DNA of 12,073 bases from a virus: the UHGV virus genome UHGV-0372056; one strand, 5' to 3'. The notes under the pieces were generated by a model, which was not told the origin of the DNA, searched no databases, and worked only from the letters and a program-made list of their open reading frames with translations. This document shows positions 7,064 to 12,073 of this stretch, piece by piece; position 1 is the stretch's first letter; every line of letters starts with the position of its first letter. A program made the translations under genes and the position numbers.

Positions 7064-8975
7064 TCACTCCTCCGGACAGCTTCGCTGCCAGTTCTTTAAG
7101 GGTTGGCCGGGTCGTCTCTTCTTCCCGGGATTTTGCCAGTACAGCCAGATCAAGCTGCCAGCGTTGCACGGACACACGTAATGCCGCATAGGCATACACC
7201 AGACAGTCCAGCGCTTCGTTACGCCGCTTTTTGTTATCCCACAGCAGACGCATCTTTCCTTTTTCCCACTTCTCCACAAGCTCTTCCGCGACCAGTTGCT
7301 GCGCCTCTGTCTGCGAAAAAATCTCCGGATCATCAGGAAAACGGATGGCATACGACGTGGCTTCATCCGCAGGCGTGGGATCGGCTTTCATACGGGCATA
7401 GAGAATTTCTTTTGCGGTGTCCGTCCCCACTTCACACAGATACACGCCCCGCTGATTGCGGGTTTTCGGCATGGTGATCACCGGCTTGCCATAGACAGAT
7501 GCGCCTTTTACCGGCAGCACCCGGAAAACACCGTGTTTTTTTGACCTCTGATAGACAATTTCACCATCGATCCCCCCGGTGTCCCAGCAGACACGGGAAA
7601 TGGTCATTTCGGTTCCGTCTGCATGGCAGTATTTTTTGTTGATCGCCGCATCCACACGTAACAGCGTCTCTTCCTCATCGGGACGGCCCATAATGATGAT
7701 TTTATCCACCAGAAAAGCTTCCTCTCCCGGTGCCCATCCCCAGACATACATCTCAAAACGGTTTCGCTGCGAGTCAATGCCCGCCGTCAGATAAACCACC
7801 CGGGCTGGCACCGCCGCCGTGTAATGCACGACCTTATCCATCAGTACCTGGTGATCGAGTTTTTCGCCCACGGCCTCTTCCCAGGTCTCGCCCAGCGTGG
7901 TGTTCACAAAGGTTTTCAGGCCGTTGGGATCTTTCAGTGCATCCAGCCAGTCATAGACTATCTGTACCCAGGTGGTGAACGGACTGTACGCCGTCCAGAT
8001 ATGGAACGTGATGGAGCGCGGCGGCGGAATTTCATTATCCGCGGCGCTGAAAAACGTCAGACCGTCACGGGTCCACATCCCCGTGTTTTCACAGATCCAC
8101 CGCCCGTTGCTCTGGTCAAGCTCAGACTGATGGAACACGCAGCCATGATGTTCACAGAGGTAGAAAACGCTTTCGGGGCTGTCCTTCTCCCATTTTAGGC
8201 CAAAAGGCGTGGATTCATCGCCAAATTTCAGATACTGCTCCTCCCCACAGTGTGGGCAGGGCACATAAAAACGCATGAAATGCGCCGACTCGTTGGCCGC
8301 TTTTTCGATCTGGCAGGTGCCTTTGATTTTAGGCGTCGAGCCGCGAATGGATTTGGGCCATACAGAGCCCTCAATACGTTTATCCCCAAGCAGGGTTGGC
8401 GAACCCTCTTTTTCGACATCCGGTTCGAACGAGGAAAGTTCGTCATAGCAGACCACGTCCACGGATTTTTCACGGTAGTTTTTAGCGGCAGCCCCGCCCA
8501 GGCACCAGAAGCCCACGCCCGATGAAAAACGTTTCAGCGTGAGGGTATTATCACGATGTTTACGCCCAAACCACGGTGCAAGATCGAGTAAAACCGGCAC
8601 ATCCCTGATCGTGGGTTCCACATGAGATTTCATAAAATCTTCAGCAGCAGAATCCGTGGGCTGGAAAAGAAGGCTGTTGCGTGATTTATGCTCAATAAAA
8701 TAAGCCTCCACTCCCAGCAACATCTTTGTATAACCAACACGGGCAGATTTAATCAGATTAACAGTGCGGATCCGGTCATTCCCCATGCTGTTCATGATGG
8801 CAACCTGAAACGGCAGTGTTTCCCACCGCCCCGGGGTGTAAGATGACTCTTTCGGAAGGTAATAATGTCGATCTGCCCACTGAACTGTCGTCAGAGGGAC
8901 AGGAATTTTTAGCGCAAGGAGGCCGGTTGCTATCGCTCCTGCAGAATTAGCCGCCCTCAGTTCGTCTGAAATCAT
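7047..8975 (-). CDS. A: Terminase large subunit A
   Basis: Matches recalled lambda gpA over nearly its whole length ([33 protein letters not shown]..., [66 protein letters not shown]...). Start placed at ATG 8975 (MISDEL..., analogous to lambda MNISNS..., overlapping the Nu1 3' end); the longest ORF would start at 9017. Confidence 0.9.
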   Translation of the reverse strand: MISDELRAANSAGAIATGLLALKIPVPLTTVQWADRHYYLPKESSYTPGRWETLPFQVAIMNSMGNDRIRTVNLIKSARVGYTKMLLGVEAYFIEHKSRNSLLFQPTDSAAEDFMKSHVEPTIRDVPVLLDLAPWFGRKHRDNTLTLKRFSSGVGFWCLGGAAAKNYREKSVDVVCYDELSSFEPDVEKEGSPTLLGDKRIEGSVWPKSIRGSTPKIKGTCQIEKAANESAHFMRFYVPCPHCGEEQYLKFGDESTPFGLKWEKDSPESVFYLCEHHGCVFHQSELDQSNGRWICENTGMWTRDGLTFFSAADNEIPPPRSITFHIWTAYSPFTTWVQIVYDWLDALKDPNGLKTFVNTTLGETWEEAVGEKLDHQVLMDKVVHYTAAVPARVVYLTAGIDSQRNRFEMYVWGWAPGEEAFLVDKIIIMGRPDEEETLLRVDAAINKKYCHADGTEMTISRVCWDTGGIDGEIVYQRSKKHGVFRVLPVKGASVYGKPVITMPKTRNQRGVYLCEVGTDTAKEILYARMKADPTPADEATSYAIRFPDDPEIFSQTEAQQLVAEELVEKWEKGKMRLLWDNKKRRNEALDCLVYAYAALRVSVQRWQLDLAVLAKSREEETTRPTLKELAAKLSGGVNGYSR

Positions 8976-9495
8976 CAATCCACCTGCGCACATTCTCACC
9001 GGCTTCAGAAGCCACATCGGATGCTTTCGCGATTTCAGTTTTCACAGCATCAAGATGTACGGGTGATATATCAGGGTATTTACGCTGCAGTGTCTGAGGG
9101 ACACGGACAAGGATCCCTGATATATTCTGTGCCACTCGCTGAAAGATGTAGGTAAATAACTCCGTCTCGAGGACAAGGCCTTCCTCACGAGCATTTTTCA
9201 GCTCCTGTGCATCGGCCTGTGCCTTCGTCAGTCGGTAACGTTCGTAATCAATGGTGCCGGGCTGAAGGTCTGATTCGCTGGCAGCCCTCAAATCCTCGAT
9301 CTCTTTACGGAGTTTTTCGTTTTCAATATCAGCTTCCCTCTGCGCATACCACTGAATGGCAGCAGTTGTATCAAAAACTGATTCAGTCCCTTTCCCTCCA
9401 CCAGAAACTAGTGGTAACCCCTGACTCTGCCAGGCGGTGATGGTCCTGACATCAACGCCAAAAATATCGGCCAGTTTTTTCTTATTGACGTTCAT
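8947..9495 (-). CDS. Nu1: Terminase small subunit Nu1
   Basis: 182 aa; the N-terminal ~105 aa ([36 protein letters not shown]...[47 protein letters not shown]) match recalled lambda Nu1, while the C-terminal third is diverged. GGGGGAG precedes the ATG. Confidence 0.85.
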   Translation of the reverse strand: MNVNKKKLADIFGVDVRTITAWQSQGLPLVSGGGKGTESVFDTTAAIQWYAQREADIENEKLRKEIEDLRAASESDLQPGTIDYERYRLTKAQADAQELKNAREEGLVLETELFTYIFQRVAQNISGILVRVPQTLQRKYPDISPVHLDAVKTEIAKASDVASEAGENVRRWIDDFRRTEGG

Positions 9496-9499
9496 ACAC

Positions 9500-9676
9500 T
9501 CCCCCGGGAACCAGAAAGGATCTGAAAATGGCGTTTTCTAACAAAAACAGCCTTTGTCAGATCCTTTTATATTTTTAAAATTCTATTGATAATCAATCAG
9601 TTAAAAAGAAGAAGAACGGATCTGATTTTTCCCTAAAAATTTTCATAAATAGCGAAAACCCGCGAGGTCGCCGCCC
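9500..9676 (-). other. cos: cos site: cosN (9665..9676) plus cosB with three putative Nu1 R-elements
   Basis: Plus 9665..9676 aggtcgccgccc is the reverse complement of lambda's 12-nt cohesive end GGGCGGCGACCT. The adjacent minus-strand sequence CTCGCGGGTTTTCGCTATTTATGAAAATTTT matches the recalled lambda left end. Downstream are a CCGTTCTTCTTC element (R3-like) and an inverted pair AAAGGATCTGA (9515..9527) / TCAGATCCTTT (9557..9568), analogous to lambda R2/R1. Confidence 0.8.
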
Positions 9677-9899
9677 CGTAACGGTCTGGATCACCGGAAA
9701 GGACCCGCCAACGACTTTCGCGTGCAGGCATTAAAAATTTTGCAGTTCCATGCCTAGTTGAAACCTCGATTTCTATAACATCCAATTTTGTAAATTTAGA
9801 TATAGCTCAACTTTTCCCAATGTTTTCAAGTGTATAAAAACAATTGGCGTTACGCCATAACACTATACTTAGGATAAGTAAAGATTTTAAGGAGTTTTA

Positions 9900-10967
9900 A
9901 TGAGTCAACATCAATATTATCCACAGCTGAAATGGAAGCCTGCTGAATATGAATCTCTGATGCTTTTAGATCAAACTACGCTCTCTGGTTTTACTCCGAT
10001 CATTACCATTCCAGACATAGACTGGGATTATGAAAACGAATGCTACAAGAAGAGTTTGAGTTCTTACTTATCTGACTTCGGTATTAACCTTGCGGCATCC
10101 TGGAAAGCCAATCGTCCTGTTTTGCTGGATGTTAAATATTTAGATAAACATGGTTCGAGCCGCCATCATCCTCTAGATATGTGTATCCAAGATGCTAGAG
10201 TAAATGGTAAGGAAATTATCCCTGTTGTTTCTCCCGCATATTCAACAAACTATATACATGCTGTTCAACGCAACTTAATCAATGGGCTCGCTATATCTAT
10301 CACCCCCCAGACATGGCACCAATTCACAAGTCTGGTTAACCACTTAAATATTCATCCTAGTTTAATTGATGTAATCATTGATTTTGGAGATATTCAAAAC
10401 GCAACTGATAGTTTAAAACAACAAGCATTAAGCATGGTCAACACATTATCAGGCCAAGCTCCGTGGAGAAACTTGATTTTATCTTCAACCGCATACCCAG
10501 CATCACAGGCAGGGATACCGCAACATCAAGTTCATCATATTCCGCGCCATGAATACGATCTTTGGATGTACGTAGTACAGAATTTTAGCAATGGAAGAAC
10601 GCCAAGTTTTAGTGATTATCCCACCGCTAGCTCTACCATTACGAGCGTAGACCCACGCTTCATGTCTCAGTATGTCTCAGTGAGATATTCGAACGATACC
10701 TCATGGATCTTTGTAAAAGGTACCGCAGTTAAAGGAAATGGATGGGGCCAAACTAAAAACTTATGTACTACCCTTGTTAGTTCGCCAGAGTATCAAGTCT
10801 TTGGTTCCAAATTTAGTTGGGGGGATGATTACATTTACCAAAGATCATTAGGCGCTAACAAATCTGGCGGCTCTAAAGAATGGCGTAAAGTTGCACATAC
10901 GCACCATATTACGTTAGTCGTGAGACAGCTTTATTGGTTGGCGCAGACTCAGCCTGCCAAGCCTTAA
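9900..10967 (+). CDS. Hypothetical protein (355 aa), unknown function; cargo gene in the Rz-cos region
   Basis: Long ORF with AGGAG 8 nt upstream of the ATG. AT-rich coding sequence, visibly unlike the flanking phage genes. No N-terminal hydrophobic segment (MSQHQYYPQLKWKPAEYESL...). Aromatic-rich, with His clusters (SSRHHP, QHQVHHIPRH, AHTHHI). I do not recognise it as any lambda gene. Confidence 0.7.
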   Translation: MSQHQYYPQLKWKPAEYESLMLLDQTTLSGFTPIITIPDIDWDYENECYKKSLSSYLSDFGINLAASWKANRPVLLDVKYLDKHGSSRHHPLDMCIQDARVNGKEIIPVVSPAYSTNYIHAVQRNLINGLAISITPQTWHQFTSLVNHLNIHPSLIDVIIDFGDIQNATDSLKQQALSMVNTLSGQAPWRNLILSSTAYPASQAGIPQHQVHHIPRHEYDLWMYVVQNFSNGRTPSFSDYPTASSTITSVDPRFMSQYVSVRYSNDTSWIFVKGTAVKGNGWGQTKNLCTTLVSSPEYQVFGSKFSWGDDYIYQRSLGANKSGGSKEWRKVAHTHHITLVVRQLYWLAQTQPAKP

Positions 10968-11529
10968 CTTTCCAGCCTACGCGTTTCTTTAAGGCTGTTC
11001 TGACTTCAAGCCTGAGATTCGCTATTGGAATATTTTCCGCAATAATATTCCATAACTCAAATCGGGGCTTGCTTTTGATTCCTTTGGAATAGCCCCATCG
11101 TTCAAGTACGTCGATACATTCATCTTTCCAAAGCAATTGAGCGAGCATCAATGTGTCATGGTTTCGATTAAGCTTTTCTCCACGCATGTGCTTTATAAGA
11201 ATGGCGCCTTTTGGCCCAACAGAAACCGTTTTAACGCCCCACCAACCTGGGATTAACTTTAATGCTCCCTCAAGATGTTTCTCAGCTACGACAAGAGTAA
11301 CCTTGTCCATTACAGAAGAATAATGCTTGATTTGAAGAGGCAAACGCTCCAAAGAGTCATATTCACTTTTGAGCTCGTACCCGTGTATAACACCATTTAT
11401 TACAGCAATGTCTGCTCTACTGGCGCCAAGGGATATGGAAAATTCATCGACCACAAGGCAGTCTGGATCTAAATGCGATTCTTTCAAAAGCTTATGATGC
11501 ACCGCGAACCTAACATCTTGATCTTTCAT
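10909..11529 (-). CDS. Hypothetical protein (206 aa) with PD-(D/E)xK-like nuclease motif
   Basis: AAGGAG 7 nt upstream of the ATG at 11529. N-terminal region shows helix, then VVDEF, then RADIAVING, then GYELKS, i.e. the E...D-hydrophobic...E-x-K arrangement of restriction-endonuclease-fold / Hjc-like nucleases. AT-rich; 3' end overlaps the converging 355-aa gene by 59 nt. Confidence 0.7.
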   Translation of the reverse strand: MKDQDVRFAVHHKLLKESHLDPDCLVVDEFSISLGASRADIAVINGVIHGYELKSEYDSLERLPLQIKHYSSVMDKVTLVVAEKHLEGALKLIPGWWGVKTVSVGPKGAILIKHMRGEKLNRNHDTLMLAQLLWKDECIDVLERWGYSKGIKSKPRFELWNIIAENIPIANLRLEVRTALKKRVGWKVKAWQAESAPTNKAVSRLT

Positions 11530-11557
11530 GACTTCTCCTTACTCCCTCCGTTATTGA

Positions 11558-11563
11558 ATTATA
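11558..11563 (-). promoter_or_regulatory. Candidate -10 element (TATAAT) upstream of the 206-aa gene
   Basis: Perfect TATAAT on the minus strand about 29 nt upstream of the ATG at 11529; no convincing -35 hexamer found, so weak. Confidence 0.3.
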
Positions 11564-11880
11564 GCGCACTGCATTTTACTGCATTTGAGAGATTTGACCA
11601 CTTCAATCACAAAATGCTTATCTGCAGCAACAAGATTCATAGCCATACGACTATGGTGATTACCTTTTGTCTGGAAAACTGACCATTCCACGAAGATCAG
11701 ATAGGTCTATAGAATCTTGGTTTGTCATAGCGTTCGCCTTACTTTGAGATGAACCTTTGCTGCATAGGAGATCAGCCCGTCAAGGCTCACCAGCACTAAC
11801 TGACTACTCAAAGGCTCATTCCAAAGGGTTTGGTTCGACGTGGTTGAGTGCACTGCGGTGCGCGGTGAAATACCTGTACA

Positions 11881-11908
11881 AAAATGCCCCGCATCTGCGA
11901 GGCATTTT
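11881..11908 (-). terminator. Hairpin with U-tract downstream of Rz (terminator-like)
   Basis: Minus-strand RNA AAAAUGCCUCGC-AGAU-GCGGGGCAUUUU (about 12 bp stem including one G-U pair) followed by UGU, about 40 nt after the Rz stop. The plus-strand version also ends in UUUU, so it could act in both directions. Confidence 0.4.
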
Positions 11909-11945
11909 CCTGAAAGTCACGTATTAAATTTCAGTGAAATTAAAA

Positions 11946-12073
11946 TTATTTTAAGCACTGCGTCCTGATGTACTCCTGCAGGTAGTTGACCTGCGCGGTT
12001 ATCTTGTCGATTCCACTTCGGAGACGGTAATAATTGAGTTCAGCATCTGCTGTAAGTCTTGGGCTTTCTCCAT
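11946..12073 (-). CDS. Rz: Spanin inner-membrane subunit Rz, C-terminal 41 codons (gene starts beyond the right edge)
   Basis: Frame open from the window edge: ...PRLTADAELNYYRLRSGIDKITAQVNYLQEYIRTQCLK*, matching the recalled lambda Rz C-terminus ...PRLADTAERDYFTLRERLITMQKQLEGTQKYINEQCR*. Confidence 0.7.
   Translation of the reverse strand, partial: GESPRLTADAELNYYRLRSGIDKITAQVNYLQEYIRTQCLK
11999..12073 (-). CDS. Rz1: Spanin outer-membrane lipoprotein Rz1, C-terminal fragment, embedded in Rz in the +1 frame
   Basis: Alternate frame ends ...QQMLNSIITVSEVESTR*, resembling the recalled lambda Rz1 end ...QTPLNGIISPSERG*; its stop lies 53 nt before the Rz stop, as in lambda. Only 24 codons are visible. 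Confidence 0.35.
   Translation of the reverse strand: MEKAQDLQQMLNSIITVSEVESTR

Noticed and set aside
7064-7366. 100-aa minus-strand ORF inside the 3' region of A
   Set aside because: Alternate frame within the terminase gene; basic, low-complexity translation.
7047-9017. Longest-ORF start for terminase A at 9017
   Set aside because: The ATG at 8975 (MISDEL...) corresponds to the lambda A start overlapping the Nu1 3' end; the upstream extension is probably just open frame within Nu1.
11473-11682. 69-aa plus-strand ORF
   Set aside because: Overlaps the 5' end and promoter region of the 206-aa gene antisense; no RBS and an implausible, low-complexity composition.
11820-11910. 29-codon minus-strand ORF starting inside the Rz-downstream hairpin (MPRRCGAFLYRYFTAHR...)
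   Set aside because: Its start codon is buried in the stem of the terminator-like hairpin and has no RBS; most likely chance.
1-12073. Search for integrase, attL/attR, tRNA genes or CRISPR repeats
   Set aside because: None seen. The window lies inside the prophage between the lysis genes and the tail fibre, so the prophage ends are not expected here; no regularly spaced direct repeats or tRNA-like cloverleaf candidates were noticed.

Overview
This window is the late (morphogenesis) arm of a lambda-like prophage, with every phage gene on the minus strand. Reading 5'->3' on the minus strand (high to low coordinates) the order is: Rz/Rz1 3' end (partial, at the right edge), cos (cosN identical to lambda's 12-nt cohesive end, lambda-like cosB), Nu1, A (terminase), W, B (portal), C/Nu3 (protease-scaffold), D, E (major capsid), FI, FII, Z, U, then directly stf (side tail fibre, running off the left edge). 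The prophage looks defective in two ways: the major capsid gene E carries an internal out-of-frame deletion, and the whole tail block that lambda has between U and stf (V through J and lom) is absent, leaving a truncated U joined to ~120 bp of filler. Between Rz and cos, where lambda carries bor, sits an AT-rich two-gene insert: a 355-aa protein of unknown function on the plus strand, converging on and overlapping a 206-aa protein with a PD-(D/E)xK-like nuclease motif on the minus strand. This pair is the best candidate for an undescribed accessory or defence module. All homology calls are from recalled lambda protein and DNA sequences, not from any search. No tRNA, rRNA, CRISPR array, integrase or att site was recognised.
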